Assembly: GCA_050944155.1 (NCBI GenBank)
Contig: JBMNQN010000004.1
Coordinates: 1 to 64,000 of the forward strand
From: Candidatus Methanomethylophilaceae archaeon
Lineage (GTDB): Archaea; Thermoplasmatota; Thermoplasmata; Methanomassiliicoccales; Methanomethylophilaceae
Direction: 5' to 3'
Length of the DNA: 64,000 nt
Shown: one piece after another, positions 46,022-57,803 of the stretch
Layout of the letters: the number at the start of each line of letters is the position of its first letter
How positions within the stretch are numbered: position 1 is the first letter of the stretch
Notes under the pieces: model-generated
The model's database searches: none
The model's input: the letters and a program-made list of their open reading frames with translations, nothing else
What the model was told of the DNA's origin: nothing
Made by a program: the position numbers and the translations under genes

Positions 46022-47545
46022 TCATAATATAACCAGTTGGTTTGCGTCCGATCTTTTAACCCGCTCCGGCAGAAGTTTTCCGAACCCGTCCATGGTGAAC
46101 GAGGTTCCGGACATTCTGCACGGAATGTAAATCAGCTGTTTTACGTAGGGTTTTGTAAGTTTGAGTTTGCTGTTCGTGACCGCACGCTGAACGAGATAGT
46201 TCTCGGTCAGCTGTTCGGCTTCTTTTTTCGTGCTCAGCGGCGCGATTACCTGTCTTCCTCCGGGGTTGCCTGGTTTGGCGGTATCCGAGAGCCTTCCTAT
46301 GCCTTCGCCGCCGCTGATACTGGTCTCCTTGCCGGTTATACCGCTCAGTATTCCGCTTGCGGGCTTGAGCAGGAAAATATCCGTCACTCCGGAGGACGGG
46401 TCTGTCAGACACCCCAGGTCTATGGTGAAATCCGCGGGAACCAGAATATCCTCGGCGACCTCCACGCTCTTCTTGGACCACAGGGCCCCGGTGGTGAAGC
46501 TGTACCTCAGATCGATGTCCCAGAACGGGTAAAGAATATCCCCGTCCCCCGACGCTATGTTGATGGTTCCGTTTCCGGCCTTGGCGGCGAGAATCTCTGC
46601 CATATGGTCGAAAAGTTCCCGGCTCCGGTCCTTGCTTCTGAGAATGACCCAGTTGCTTACGTTAGGGTATTCGATTTTGGTTATTTTGCTCAGACCCGAG
46701 AATGTCTTTACGGCGTCTCCGCCCATGGAATTTTTCACCACTTCGGCAGCCGTGTTAACCAAAGTCGCTTCCCTTTCGATGCCCTGAAACATCACGGCAA
46801 GGGCAGGCGTAGAAAACAGACCTGCTTTGGCGTCGTTAAGAGCAGACGCTCCTTTTTCGAAATAACCCAGACTTCCCATGGCGTCTCCGTTCAGCAGTTT
46901 TTCGCATCCCGTGCACGCGTCGGCAAGGCCGCCGAAACGTTTGGAGACGCTTTCGTAATCCTTCACGTTTTTGAGCATATCGGAAGCCTGCTGGAAGTTG
47001 TTTCCCATGAGAACGTAGCGTCCGGGTTTGTCTTCCTGCATCAGTTTCGCATTGTTGATTATGAGAGCGTAAGCGTTGGCAAGATTTTCGGCTCCCGCTA
47101 TTTCCGCCTTGTCGTTGGGATCCACCGCCAGGGGAGACAGGCTCTTCAGTTTGGCGTTCAGCTCGAAAGCCGAAGCCGGTGTGTGCACGGGTTTGGCGGT
47201 GTTGTCGACGGTGAACGGCAGGACGAAAAGGGAATTCGACATCAGGCTGTTCGCCGCAAACCTGTATTCGGTGATTTCGGGCGTGATTCTGGGTTTTACG
47301 TTGGTTATGAAAATGTTGTGTCTCGCAATGGAGTCCACGTTTTCAGTCTGGGTCAGCGAAAAACCGCCGGGCATGGCGCTGCTTACCCAGGACCTTACCT
47401 GTGCCATAACCTGATCCAGGTAGGCTTTCGCGTCAATGCGCTGCTGGGTGGTTCCGCAGCTGCGGCAGGTTATGTAGGGTGTTTCCGCCCCTACGTCTTT
47501 CTCTTCGAAAGGCGCACCGCAGTATTTGCACCTCAGCATTACCAT
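46022..47545 (-). CDS. Zn-ribbon protein with helical core (YdjG-like)
   Basis: CKYCGA...CRSCG N-terminus; LYPFW motif. Confidence 0.7.
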   Translation of the reverse strand: MVMLRCKYCGAPFEEKDVGAETPYITCRSCGTTQQRIDAKAYLDQVMAQVRSWVSSAMPGGFSLTQTENVDSIARHNIFITNVKPRITPEITEYRFAANSLMSNSLFVLPFTVDNTAKPVHTPASAFELNAKLKSLSPLAVDPNDKAEIAGAENLANAYALIINNAKLMQEDKPGRYVLMGNNFQQASDMLKNVKDYESVSKRFGGLADACTGCEKLLNGDAMGSLGYFEKGASALNDAKAGLFSTPALAVMFQGIEREATLVNTAAEVVKNSMGGDAVKTFSGLSKITKIEYPNVSNWVILRSKDRSRELFDHMAEILAAKAGNGTINIASGDGDILYPFWDIDLRYSFTTGALWSKKSVEVAEDILVPADFTIDLGCLTDPSSGVTDIFLLKPASGILSGITGKETSISGGEGIGRLSDTAKPGNPGGRQVIAPLSTKKEAEQLTENYLVQRAVTNSKLKLTKPYVKQLIYIPCRMSGTSFTMDGFGKLLPERVKRSDANQLVIL

Positions 47546-47558
47546 GTCGTCCAGGAAA

Positions 47559-48485
47559 TCATCTCCTCATAATCATTATCTGGGACTGCAGTGCGGACAT
47601 CTCCATCTGCAGTCTGGCTTCCACGGCGGCTATTTCGCTCATGGCGCTGGCGTAATATCTCTTGGAAATCTCGTCGGCTTTGCGGACGATTCCGGTATAA
47701 CACGCTCTGCACACGTAGACGGCATCTCCTTCCGCTCCGGATTTGAGAGGTTCGTTTTCGTCCGTTTTGCGGAGCATGGGCGAAATATCGCTGGAAAGTT
47801 TGAAAAAGTGAATCCCTTCGCCGGAAGCGTGTCTTCCGCAGAACCAGCATTTGCAGCTGCGGGAATACTCTTCTATGAGTTTCAGATTGGATTCTCCCGA
47901 GTCACCGATCTGTTTTCTGTAACCGTAGGCAATCTGCTGGTACTCGGCCGCTTTGCGGGGATCTTCCCATACGGTTCCCGTAGCCATGGATTCGTATGCG
48001 ACTGCCAGAAGAAGCATGCTTTCCCTTATGCCGGTGCGGGTGGTGTCGTTCTGATATATTTCCACAAGCCTGAGGTGGTCGTTCCCCATCTGGGTCTGGA
48101 ATTTCTGGGCAAGTTCGATGAGACGTTTTCCCTTTTCCAGAAGAACTTCGGGCCCTCCGTTCATATTCATAAGACGAATCTCTTCAACGGAAAGTTCGCA
48201 TTGCGTAATCATCGTCTTGGTGTTAAGGGGCGTTAGGCCGAATTCGAAATCTTCAGTGCTGCAGTTCTTCAGCGCTTCGATAAGACGCAGGTAGCTGTCC
48301 GGATCCCCAAGCTTTCCGCGCATGTCTATCAGCGCCACGATTACCCTGGAGAGGTCGTCGGGTCCTCCGTCTTTCTCTATCGATTTCATCAATTTGGCTC
48401 TGGCGCCGTCCATGTCGCCCTGTTTAATCAGATCGATTCCCTGCGCGTATAGGTCATCGGCATTTTTGAAAAAAGATAACGCCAT
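47559..48485 (-). CDS. TPR-like protein with C-terminal CxxC...CxxC zinc finger
   Basis: Helical repeats; CWFC...CRAC; C-terminal coiled coil. Confidence 0.7.
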   Translation of the reverse strand: MALSFFKNADDLYAQGIDLIKQGDMDGARAKLMKSIEKDGGPDDLSRVIVALIDMRGKLGDPDSYLRLIEALKNCSTEDFEFGLTPLNTKTMITQCELSVEEIRLMNMNGGPEVLLEKGKRLIELAQKFQTQMGNDHLRLVEIYQNDTTRTGIRESMLLLAVAYESMATGTVWEDPRKAAEYQQIAYGYRKQIGDSGESNLKLIEEYSRSCKCWFCGRHASGEGIHFFKLSSDISPMLRKTDENEPLKSGAEGDAVYVCRACYTGIVRKADEISKRYYASAMSEIAAVEARLQMEMSALQSQIMIMRR

Positions 48486-48729
48486 ATGCAGTCCTTCTTC
48501 GGTTATATTATCCAGGGACTAAAAAATACATTCGGAAACGGCGGGCCGGATATTTCCGGAATGTGGATTTATTCGAAAATCGCAAATATATTATTTCCAG
48601 TGTTTAACGAAAGAATGTTCATAGTTTTCTGATTTTATTAGACAAATGTACAGTCAATATCATACAGACAAAACGTTTGTTTCAAACCTTGTAAAAAGTT
48701 TTATATCGGATTATTCAATCCGTCCGGAT

Positions 48730-50913
48730 ATGGCGAACAGCAGGTTCCGGGCGGTTGAAAAAGCATTGGAAAAAGAGCCCGTGAAAACCGCTCCTCCCGC
48801 GTCCGGCGTATCCGAATACTACGGATGCGACGTTTTCGGCAGACGCAACATGAGAAAGTATCTTTCTCCGGATACGAGAAGGTCGGTTTACGAATCCGCG
48901 GAAAGCGGAAAGACTCTTGATGCCTCGACCGCCGAACTTGTCGCAGAAGGCATGAAACGCTGGGCAACCGACCTGGGCGCAACCCATTATTCCCATTGGT
49001 TTCAGCCCCTGACTGGAGGAACCGCCGAGAAACACGATTCTTTCGCCACTCCGCACGGACACGGCGAAGCAATCGAAACTTTCTCCGGAGCCATGCTGTG
49101 CCAGCAGGAACCCGACGCGTCGTCATTTCCCAGCGGAGGCCTGAGAAATACTTTCGAAGCCAGAGGTTATACTGCATGGGATCCCTCGTCTCCCGCCTTC
49201 GTCATAGGAGACACCCTCTTCATACCCACGGTTTTCATATCCTACAACGGCGAAGCCCTCGATTACAAAACACCTCTGCTGAGGTCCATCGCGGCCGTGA
49301 GCAGGGCCGCTTCCGAAGTTCTGGAATATTTCGGCATCCGCGGCGCAAGGGTGGAATCTTATCTGGGATGGGAACAGGAATTCTTTCTTGCGGACTCTTC
49401 TCTTTCCTCGCAGCGTCCGGACATAATGCTGGCCGGACGTACCCTGGTGGGGCACGAAAGCGCAAAGAGCCAACAGCTCGACGATCACTATTTCGGATCG
49501 ATACCCATGAGGGTCCTGGAATTCATGAAAGATTTGGAATTCGAGTGCTACAAACTGGGAATTCCGATAAAAACCAGGCATAACGAAGTGGCACCCAACC
49601 AGTTCGAAATCGCTCCGGTGTACGAGGAGGCGAATCTTGCCGTGGATCACAATCTTATGCTGATGTCTCTGATGAGACCCACGGCGAAGCGCCACGGATT
49701 CAGAGTCCTATTCCACGAGAAACCCTACAAAGGGGTGAACGGTTCGGGAAAGCACTGCAATTGGTCTCTGGGTATATCGGACGGACCGGGACTTTTCTCT
49801 CCCGGAAAAACGAATCTCGAAAACCTCAGGTTCCTTACGTTCGTCGTTAACGTTCTTGCGGCGGTCCGCAGACACGATTCTCTTCTCAAAGCGTCGGTGA
49901 TGAACGCTTCCAACGTGGAAAGACTCGGGGCGGACGAGGCGCCTCCCGCCATAATATCGGTGTTTCTCGGAACCAGTCTGACCGAAGTTTTCGAGAAACT
50001 GCTTAGTTCCGAAGAGATGGTGGAGATCGGCGGTAATTCCGGTTACAGACTGGGTCTCCCCCGTATTCCCGAAATAACCGTCGACGGGACGGACCGCAAC
50101 CGCACTTCCCCCTTTGCGTTCACGGGAAACAGATTCGAGTTCCGTGCCGTCGGTGCATCCGCAAGCTGTTCTCCTTCGGTGACCGTGATAAACGCGGCGG
50201 TCGCCGAACAGCTGAAAGAATTCAAGAAAAAAGTCGATGCGAGAATCGCTTCCGGAGTCCCCGCGGAAAAAGCGGTTCTCGACGAAGTCAGGGAAACCTA
50301 CGCGTCGTGCCGCGACGTCTGTTTCGAAGGCAACGCATATTCGGAAGAATGGAAAGCCGAGGCAAAACGCCGCAATCTCGACTGCGAAGAATCCGTGCCC
50401 ATTGTTTACGATTCGTTCACGTCTCCCGAATCGTTGGAGTTGTTTTCGGATACCGGCATTCTGACGGAAACGGAGGCGGAGGCGAGGACGGAAATTCTTT
50501 GGGAACAGTACGGCAAGAAGGTAGAAATCGAAGCCAGAACCCTCAGCGACATGACGCTCAACCATATTCTTCCGGTGGCGACCGCCTATCAGTCCCTGCT
50601 TTTAGATAATGTATCTAAGATAAAGGAGTCGTTTTCCGAGTCGGAATTCAAAGTTCTTGCGGCCAACGAGATAGAGTTGGTAAGGGCGATAGCGGGCCAC
50701 ATTTCGGAAGCCAGGAGACTTTCGATGGAAATCGACTCGGCCTGCGACCGCGCATCCGAGATTTCCGAAGAACGGGAAAAAGCTATAGCCTTCCATGACG
50801 GCGTGGTTCCTCTCATGTCGGAAATACGCACCCACGCGGACTCGCTGGAAATGATAGTCGACGATCAGATGTGGCCTCTTCCGAAATACAGGGAACTCCT
50901 GTTCATACACTGA
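48730..50913 (+). CDS. glnA: Glutamine synthetase type III
   Basis: HWFQPLTG.TAEKHD, EPDASSFP, HNEVAP.Q, NGSGKH.NW, DRNRTSPFAFTGN.FEFR, WPLPKY. Confidence 0.95.
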   Translation: MANSRFRAVEKALEKEPVKTAPPASGVSEYYGCDVFGRRNMRKYLSPDTRRSVYESAESGKTLDASTAELVAEGMKRWATDLGATHYSHWFQPLTGGTAEKHDSFATPHGHGEAIETFSGAMLCQQEPDASSFPSGGLRNTFEARGYTAWDPSSPAFVIGDTLFIPTVFISYNGEALDYKTPLLRSIAAVSRAASEVLEYFGIRGARVESYLGWEQEFFLADSSLSSQRPDIMLAGRTLVGHESAKSQQLDDHYFGSIPMRVLEFMKDLEFECYKLGIPIKTRHNEVAPNQFEIAPVYEEANLAVDHNLMLMSLMRPTAKRHGFRVLFHEKPYKGVNGSGKHCNWSLGISDGPGLFSPGKTNLENLRFLTFVVNVLAAVRRHDSLLKASVMNASNVERLGADEAPPAIISVFLGTSLTEVFEKLLSSEEMVEIGGNSGYRLGLPRIPEITVDGTDRNRTSPFAFTGNRFEFRAVGASASCSPSVTVINAAVAEQLKEFKKKVDARIASGVPAEKAVLDEVRETYASCRDVCFEGNAYSEEWKAEAKRRNLDCEESVPIVYDSFTSPESLELFSDTGILTETEAEARTEILWEQYGKKVEIEARTLSDMTLNHILPVATAYQSLLLDNVSKIKESFSESEFKVLAANEIELVRAIAGHISEARRLSMEIDSACDRASEISEEREKAIAFHDGVVPLMSEIRTHADSLEMIVDDQMWPLPKYRELLFIH

Positions 50914-51030
50914 TCGCGGCCCGATTTCACGGAAAAACCGCGAAGCCGTGACAAAGAGATAGATTTATATAGAAGAACAAACTTTATCCAATTAGAATCC
51001 ACGTGAGTGGAATATTGGAGGTATACAATT

Positions 51031-52662
51031 ATGGGTATGGGTAACACACCGATCCTGATTCTTAGAGAAGGAACCAAGAGAAACAGAGGAAAAGATGCTC
51101 AGTACAACAACATATCGGCCGCAGTGGCCATCGCCGACTCCGTAGGCAGCAGCCTCGGACCCAGGGGTATGGACAAAATGCTCGTCGATTCCCTGGGCGA
51201 CGTCGTGATAACCAACGACGGTGTCACGATCCTCAAAGAAATGGACGTTCAGCACCCCGCCGCAAAGATGCTGGTGGAAGTCGCCAAGGCACAGGACTCC
51301 GAAGTCGGAGACGGTACCACGTCTTCCGTAATCATAACCGGAGAGCTTCTGAAGAAAGCCACCGACCTTATCGACGCCAACATACACCCGACAATCATCG
51401 CCAAAGGATACAGAATGGCCAACGACAAGGCTCAGGAAATCCTCAAAGAGATAGCGAAGGAAGTCACCATCGACGACGAAGAGACCCTCAGAAAGGTGGC
51501 CGAAGTCGCCATGATAAGCAAACAGGTCAGCGGATACAAGGAGTACTTCTCCGAGATGGTTGTCGACGCCGTAAAAACCGTGGCCGAGAAAGACAAAGAC
51601 GGAAAATACACCGTGGACCTGAAGAACATTCAGACGGTCAAGAAATCCGGCGCCAACATGGAAGAGTCCCAGGTATACAAAGGACTCATAATCGACAAAG
51701 AGCCCGTTCAGCCCAACATGCCCAAGGTCGTTAAAAACGCCAAGATCGCGCTCATCGACGCGGCATTCGAAGTCAAGAAAACCGAAACCGACGCAAAGAT
51801 TCAGATCAACGACCCGAGCCAGCTCTCCCGCTTCGTCGCCGAAGAAGAAAACATGCTCAAGAAGATGGTCGAATCCGTCAAGAAAGCAGGCGCCAACGTT
51901 GTGTTCTGCCAGAAAGGAATCGACGATCTGGCACAGCACCTTCTCTCCAAAGAGGGAATCTACGCCTGCAGACGCGTGAAGAAGAGCGACATGGACAGAC
52001 TCGCCAAATCCACCGGCGCTTCCATAGTCAACAAAATCTCCGACATAACCAAGGACGATCTGGGATTCGCCGGCGCCGTCGAATTCAAGAAAGTCGACGA
52101 CGAGGAGATGACCTTCATCACCGGAGTCAAAGACCCCAAGACCGTTTCTGTCCTCGTCAGGGGAGGAACCAAACACGTAGCCGACGAAGTGGAAAGATCC
52201 CTTGTCGACTCCTGGTCCGCGGTCAAGGTTGCAATCGAAGACGGACTCATCGAGTGCGGCGGCGGATCCAAAGAGATGGAAATCGCCATGAGGCTCAGAG
52301 AATACGCGGCAACCGTCGGCGGAAGAGAGCAGATTGCAATCGAAGCCTTCGCATCCGCGATGGAAGTGATTCCGAAGACTCTGGCGGAAAACGCCGGTCT
52401 CGACCCGATCGACATGCTCATCGAGATGAGGAAACAGCACAAGGAAGGCAAAATCACCGCAGGTCTCGACCCCTTCTCCGGAAAGGTTGCGGACATGATG
52501 AAACTCAACGTCATCGAGCCCTACAGAGTAGGAAAGCACGCAATCAACTCGGCAACCGATGCTGCCGTGATGATTCTCAGAATCGACGACGTCATAGCGG
52601 CCTCCGGATCCCACGACATGGGTGTCGGAGACGGAATGCCTTCTCCCGAAGACGACGAGTGA
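51031..52662 (+). CDS. ths: Thermosome (group II chaperonin) subunit
   Basis: [29 protein letters not shown]. Confidence 0.96.
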   Translation: MGMGNTPILILREGTKRNRGKDAQYNNISAAVAIADSVGSSLGPRGMDKMLVDSLGDVVITNDGVTILKEMDVQHPAAKMLVEVAKAQDSEVGDGTTSSVIITGELLKKATDLIDANIHPTIIAKGYRMANDKAQEILKEIAKEVTIDDEETLRKVAEVAMISKQVSGYKEYFSEMVVDAVKTVAEKDKDGKYTVDLKNIQTVKKSGANMEESQVYKGLIIDKEPVQPNMPKVVKNAKIALIDAAFEVKKTETDAKIQINDPSQLSRFVAEEENMLKKMVESVKKAGANVVFCQKGIDDLAQHLLSKEGIYACRRVKKSDMDRLAKSTGASIVNKISDITKDDLGFAGAVEFKKVDDEEMTFITGVKDPKTVSVLVRGGTKHVADEVERSLVDSWSAVKVAIEDGLIECGGGSKEMEIAMRLREYAATVGGREQIAIEAFASAMEVIPKTLAENAGLDPIDMLIEMRKQHKEGKITAGLDPFSGKVADMMKLNVIEPYRVGKHAINSATDAAVMILRIDDVIAASGSHDMGVGDGMPSPEDDE

Positions 52663-52726
52663 AACCTTAAAAAAACAACCGGGGGCTTCGGCCCCCCTTC
52701 ATATTTACCTTGCAGAGTGATGATGG

Positions 52727-53284
52727 ATGACTGGTAAGTCTAAAAAGAACACAGAAGAGGAAAAGGAAAATTCCGAACCGATTCAGGAAGAGATAGACGA
52801 GCTTACCGCAGCCAGAGAACTTGCCGATCAGTACCTGAATGTGGCAAAACGCATACAGGCAGACTTCGACAACTACCGCAAGAGAACCCAGAAGGACATG
52901 GAGGAGTACAGAAAACACGCCACGGACGGCTTGGCGACCGGCCTTCTGGAGACCCTGGACGACCTGGACAGAGCCATCGCATCGGCAAAAGACCCGGACG
53001 GGGAATTCGTGCAGGGTATACTCATGGTGCGACAGAATCTCATGAAAACCCTGGCATCATACGGCATCGCTGAGATACCGACGGACTGCAAGTTCGATCC
53101 GAAACTGCATGAAGCCCTGTGCACGGAAGAAGGCGAAGAAGACGGAGATATAGCCGAAGTCTATCAGAAAGGTTACTCCAGCGGAGACAGGGTGCTCAGA
53201 TATTCGAAAGTCAAAGTGACAAAGGCCCGGGAGGCCGAAAAAAAGACAGCCGGAGAGACGGCAGAAGAAGAGGAGAGTGATTGA
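52727..53284 (+). CDS. grpE: Nucleotide exchange factor GrpE
   Basis: [20 protein letters not shown]...VLR. Confidence 0.95.
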   Translation: MTGKSKKNTEEEKENSEPIQEEIDELTAARELADQYLNVAKRIQADFDNYRKRTQKDMEEYRKHATDGLATGLLETLDDLDRAIASAKDPDGEFVQGILMVRQNLMKTLASYGIAEIPTDCKFDPKLHEALCTEEGEEDGDIAEVYQKGYSSGDRVLRYSKVKVTKAREAEKKTAGETAEEEESD

Positions 53285-53285
53285 A

Positions 53286-55142
53286 ATGGGAAGAATAATT
53301 GGAATAGATCTAGGAACCAGTAATTCGGCAGCTGCAGCGATGGAGGGCGGCAGACCCTCCATGATACCCAGCGCCGAAGGAACCAGTGTGGGAGGCAAAG
53401 CCTTCCCGTCTTACGTGGCATTCACCAAAGAGGGAGAGCTTCTGGTCGGCGAGCCCGCCAGAACACAGGCGGTGACCAACCCCGAAGGAACAGTCAAAAA
53501 CGTAAAGAGGAAGATGGGGACCAACGAGAAGATCAAGGTCTTCGACAAAGAATACACGCCCCAGCAGATTTCCGCTTTCATACTTCAGAAAATCAAGAAG
53601 GACGCGGAATCCTACCTCGGCGAAACCATAGACAAAGCGGTGATAACCGTTCCCGCTTACTTCGACGACAATCAGAGACAGGCGACCAAGGACGCCGGCG
53701 CGATTGCCGGTCTCGAAGTGGTCCGCATGATCAACGAACCTACGGCGGCGGCTTTGGCTTTCGGACTCGACAAAAGCGGAACCGAGCAGAAGATTCTCGT
53801 GTTCGACTTCGGAGGCGGAACTCTGGATGTAACCATAATGGATTTCAGCGACGGAGTCTTCGAAGTTCTTTCGACCAAGGGAGACACGAAACTGGGCGGT
53901 TCGGACATGGACGAAGCGATTACAAACTACGTGATCGGCGAGTTCAAGAAAAAGACAGGAATCGATCTTTCGACGGACAAGATGGCGTTCTGGAGAGTGC
54001 GCGAGGCATGCGAGAAAGCGAAGATTGAGCTGTCCTCCATCATGCAGACGGAAATCAACCTGCCCTATGTAGCATCCGACGACAGCGGTCCCAAGCACCT
54101 TACCCAGACGCTTAACCGCGCAAAGCTCGAAGAACTCGTGGAACCCACCGTATCCAGATGCAGAACCTGCATCGAAGGCGCGGTATCCGACGCCAAACTC
54201 AAGATGGACGACATCGACAAAATCATCATGGTCGGAGGACCGACAAGAATGCCGATCGTTCAGAACTTCGTCGAGAGCATAGTCGGACCCAAGATACAGC
54301 GTGGAATCGACCCCATGGAATGCGTTTCCATGGGAGCGGCAATTCAGGGAGCAGTCCTGTCCGGAGACGTGAAAAACGTTCTTCTTCTGGACGTTACCCC
54401 GCTTACGCTGGGTATCGAGACACTCGGAGGCGTTGCAACCCCTCTGATCGAAAGGAACACCACCATCCCCACCAAGAAGTCCCAGATATTCTCGACGGCG
54501 GCGGACAACCAGCCTTCCGTTGAGATCAACGTGGTTCAGGGAGAGAGGAAGATGGCGGCAGACAACACGTCCCTCGGCCGCTTCATCCTCGACGGAATAC
54601 CCCCGGCACGCCGCGGAGTTCCCCAGATCGAAGTCACCTTCGACATCGACGCGAACGGAATCGTCACCGTGACGGCCAAAGACAAGGGAACCGGAAAGGA
54701 ACAGAAGATTACCATCGCTTCTTCCAACAAACTCACCGAGGACGAAATCAACGAGATGGTCAAGCAGGCCGAAGCTTTCGCCGATGCGGACAAGAAGAAA
54801 CTGGAACTCATCGAAATCCGCAACCAGGCCGAGAGCAGCGTGTACATGGTGCGCAAGTCCCTTGACGAACTGGGAGAGAAGGTCAACCAGGCCGAGAGGA
54901 CGGAGATCGAAGCGGCCATTTCCGACATCGAAGCCGTGATGAAGGAGGACGACGCCGAAGCGATCAAGAACAAGATGGAGGCTCTGATGAAGGTTATGGA
55001 ACCCATATCCCAGAGAATCTATCAGGAAGCTTCCGAGGAGGCGGCCAGGAACGAACCCGGTACCCAGGAGGCTTCGGAGAATCCCGACGAAAACATAGTC
55101 GACGCCGACTACAAAATAGTCGACGACGACGATAAGAACTGA
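53286..55142 (+). CDS. dnaK: Chaperone DnaK
   Basis: [34 protein letters not shown]. Confidence 0.98.
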   Translation: MGRIIGIDLGTSNSAAAAMEGGRPSMIPSAEGTSVGGKAFPSYVAFTKEGELLVGEPARTQAVTNPEGTVKNVKRKMGTNEKIKVFDKEYTPQQISAFILQKIKKDAESYLGETIDKAVITVPAYFDDNQRQATKDAGAIAGLEVVRMINEPTAAALAFGLDKSGTEQKILVFDFGGGTLDVTIMDFSDGVFEVLSTKGDTKLGGSDMDEAITNYVIGEFKKKTGIDLSTDKMAFWRVREACEKAKIELSSIMQTEINLPYVASDDSGPKHLTQTLNRAKLEELVEPTVSRCRTCIEGAVSDAKLKMDDIDKIIMVGGPTRMPIVQNFVESIVGPKIQRGIDPMECVSMGAAIQGAVLSGDVKNVLLLDVTPLTLGIETLGGVATPLIERNTTIPTKKSQIFSTAADNQPSVEINVVQGERKMAADNTSLGRFILDGIPPARRGVPQIEVTFDIDANGIVTVTAKDKGTGKEQKITIASSNKLTEDEINEMVKQAEAFADADKKKLELIEIRNQAESSVYMVRKSLDELGEKVNQAERTEIEAAISDIEAVMKEDDAEAIKNKMEALMKVMEPISQRIYQEASEEAARNEPGTQEASENPDENIVDADYKIVDDDDKN

Positions 55143-55150
55143 GGCAGTCA

Positions 55151-56278
55151 ATGGGTAAAGACTACTACGGAATCCTGGGCGTCGAAAAGGACGCCTCCCA
55201 GAGCGAGATAAAGAGCGCGTACCGCTCTCTGGCCAAAAAGTACCATCCCGACGTATCCACGGAATCGAAGGAGGTGGCCGAAGAGAAGTTCAAGGAGATC
55301 TCGGAGGCTTACGAAGTCCTTTCGGACCCGGAAAAACGGAAGACGTACGACATGTACGGAAGCGACGCGGTCAACAGTCAGTTCTCGGGAGGAGGATTCT
55401 CGTGGGACGACTTTACCCGTGCCGACGACATAAGCGATATCTTCGGGGATCTGTTCGGAAGCTTCTTCGGAGGAGGCGGAAGCCGCCGTTCCCACCAGAG
55501 AGGACCCAGACCCGGGAACTCTCTGAGGATGGATATCGAAATAACCTTAAAAGAGGCCCTTACGGGCCTCAAAAAAGAGGTTAAGGTTCCCCATACGGTA
55601 CGCTGCAATCCCTGTAAGGGCACCGGCGGAAAGGACGGCAAGACCGAAACCTGCAGCCAGTGCGGAGGAACAGGAAGCGTCAGGTCGGTGAGGCAGACGC
55701 CTTTCGGAGGCATGGTATCCGTTTCCGACTGCGGACAGTGCGGAGGAACAGGGCGCACCTTCAAAGAAAAATGTCCCGAATGCAGGGGGCACGGACACAT
55801 TCAGAAAACCTCCAAGGTGGAAGTGAATATTCCCAAGGGGGTGGACGAAGGTTCCACGCTTACGCTTAAGGGACTCGGCGATGCCGGTTCCGACGGAGCT
55901 CCTCCGGGAGATCTCTACGTGGTGATACACCTGAAAAAAGATTCTGTTTTCGAAAGAGACGGCGCGAATCTCTGGACGGGTATAACCACCACGTATCCCA
56001 AACTCGTTCTGGGCGGGCAGGAGACCATTTCCACCCTCGAAGGGGAAAAAGTCATGCTGAACATTCCCAAAGGAACCCAGGTCGGGTCGGTTCTCAGAAT
56101 CAACGGCAAAGGTATGCCCCGTTCCGCGAACTCGCTTACCCGGGGAGATCTTTTCGTGAGAGTGAAAATGGACGTTCCGACGAAAGTTTCCAAAGAAGAG
56201 ACCGAACTGCTTCAGAAGCTGGACGAAGAAGCGGGACAGAAGGGAAAATCAAGACTGGGAAGAAGATCCAAATCCTGA
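55151..56278 (+). CDS. dnaJ: Chaperone DnaJ
   Basis: HPD J-domain, G/F region, four CxxCxGxG repeats. Confidence 0.97.
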   Translation: MGKDYYGILGVEKDASQSEIKSAYRSLAKKYHPDVSTESKEVAEEKFKEISEAYEVLSDPEKRKTYDMYGSDAVNSQFSGGGFSWDDFTRADDISDIFGDLFGSFFGGGGSRRSHQRGPRPGNSLRMDIEITLKEALTGLKKEVKVPHTVRCNPCKGTGGKDGKTETCSQCGGTGSVRSVRQTPFGGMVSVSDCGQCGGTGRTFKEKCPECRGHGHIQKTSKVEVNIPKGVDEGSTLTLKGLGDAGSDGAPPGDLYVVIHLKKDSVFERDGANLWTGITTTYPKLVLGGQETISTLEGEKVMLNIPKGTQVGSVLRINGKGMPRSANSLTRGDLFVRVKMDVPTKVSKEETELLQKLDEEAGQKGKSRLGRRSKS

Positions 56279-56299
56279 TTCCGGTTATTGCGCAGAAGG

Positions 56300-56383
56300 C
56301 GCCGAGGGAGAGATTTGAACTCCCGAGGTCTTGCGACCAGCGGTTTTCGAGACCGCCACCCTACCGGACTAGATTACCTCGGC
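56300..56383 (-). tRNA. tRNA-Ser(CGA)
   Basis: GCCGAGG/CCTCGGC, GCGGT-CTCGAAA-ACCGC, long variable arm. Confidence 0.94.
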
Positions 56384-56483
56384 TAGGTACGGCTTATCCG
56401 CTCCGCATATTTTTAAATTTGCCATCTTCGGCAGATAACCCAGAATATATTATACCGTAACACATTGGGACGGCGGAGAACAT

Positions 56484-57803
56484 ATGCAGGATATCAGGTC
56501 CCAGATTCTTAAATGCAAACAGGCGTCGGTGAAGCTCTCGGCAGCGGATACGGAGACGAAAAACCGCGCGCTCGGAGCGATGGCCGATGCCTTGGACAAG
56601 AACAGGGAAAGAATACTGAAAGCAAACGCCGAAGACGTAATAGAGGCGGAGAAACTCTGCAGGGAAGGAAAACTCGCTGGACCGATGGTAAAAAGACTCA
56701 TGGTCAGCGATTCCAAAATCGACGGGATGATCGACGGCATTTTGGACGTGAAATCCCTTGAAGACCCCGTGGGAGAGACCATCTCCGCGCTGGAGCTGGA
56801 CGAAGGTCTGACTCTTTATCAGGTCCGCTGTCCCATAGGCGTGCTGGGAGTCATTTTCGAATCCCGTCCCGACGTGGTTCCCCAGATAATGTCTCTCTGT
56901 CTGAAGAGCGGCAATGCCGTCGCGTTCAAAGGCGGTTCCGAAGCCGCCCGTTCCAACAGAATCCTGTTCGATATTCTGCGGGATGCCGCCGCGTCCGAAG
57001 GAATTCCTAAAGACGCATTCGTGCTCATGGAGACCAGGGAAGACATATCCGAAATTCTGAGTCTCGACGAATACATCGATCTGCTCATTCCTAGAGGCTC
57101 CAACTCTTTCGTCCAATACATTCAGAACAATACGAAAATTCCGGTACTGGGTCATGCTTCCGGAGTGTGCACCACGTACATAGATTCCGATGCGGATCAG
57201 GATATGGCTCTGCGCGTCGTGCTGGACGCCAAGATACAGTATCCTGCAGTGTGCAACGCAACGGAAAACGTTCTGGTGCACAGAGACATAGCGGACGAAT
57301 TCGTACCGAAGCTGTGCCGCATATTCGCCGAAAACGGCGTGGAAGTCAGAGCCGATAAGTCGGTTTCAGAAATACCCGGAACCGAAGGTACGGTTCCCGC
57401 TTCCGAAGAAGACTGGAGCACCGAATACGGAGACTATACGGTGGCAGTCAAGGTGGTCGATTCGATAGAAGAGGCCACGGATTTCATCAACGAATACGGG
57501 TCGCACCACACCGACGCAATCATAACAAACAACAGTGCCAGCATGAAGTATTTCGTCAAAATGGTGGATTCCGCCGACGTTTTCGTAAACGCGTCTACCA
57601 GGTTTGCCGACGGATACAGATTCGGCAAGGGCGCGGAAGTGGGCATTAGCACCAACAAAATCCACGCCCGCGGGCCGGTGGGCATGGAAGGTCTGATGAT
57701 TTACAAGTATGTCTTAATGGGAAACGGCCAGGAAGTCCGCGGATACGCGGACGGGACGAAAAAATTCACTCACAGGGAAAAGAAGGAGGACTGTCCTCTT
57801 TGA
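56484..57803 (+). CDS. proA: Gamma-glutamyl phosphate reductase
   Basis: IFESRP, IPRG, CNATE, NASTRFADG, HARGPVG. Confidence 0.96.
   Translation: MQDIRSQILKCKQASVKLSAADTETKNRALGAMADALDKNRERILKANAEDVIEAEKLCREGKLAGPMVKRLMVSDSKIDGMIDGILDVKSLEDPVGETISALELDEGLTLYQVRCPIGVLGVIFESRPDVVPQIMSLCLKSGNAVAFKGGSEAARSNRILFDILRDAAASEGIPKDAFVLMETREDISEILSLDEYIDLLIPRGSNSFVQYIQNNTKIPVLGHASGVCTTYIDSDADQDMALRVVLDAKIQYPAVCNATENVLVHRDIADEFVPKLCRIFAENGVEVRADKSVSEIPGTEGTVPASEEDWSTEYGDYTVAVKVVDSIEEATDFINEYGSHHTDAIITNNSASMKYFVKMVDSADVFVNASTRFADGYRFGKGAEVGISTNKIHARGPVGMEGLMIYKYVLMGNGQEVRGYADGTKKFTHREKKEDCPL

Noticed and set aside
48490-48729. NrpR operator upstream of glnA
   Set aside because: No exact GGAA-N6-TTCC found
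50992-52614. 540 aa antisense ORF opposite the thermosome gene
   Set aside because: Same mirror-frame artefact
53310-55151. 613 aa antisense ORF opposite dnaK
   Set aside because: Mirror-frame artefact of codon bias, well known for dnaK; no protein motifs
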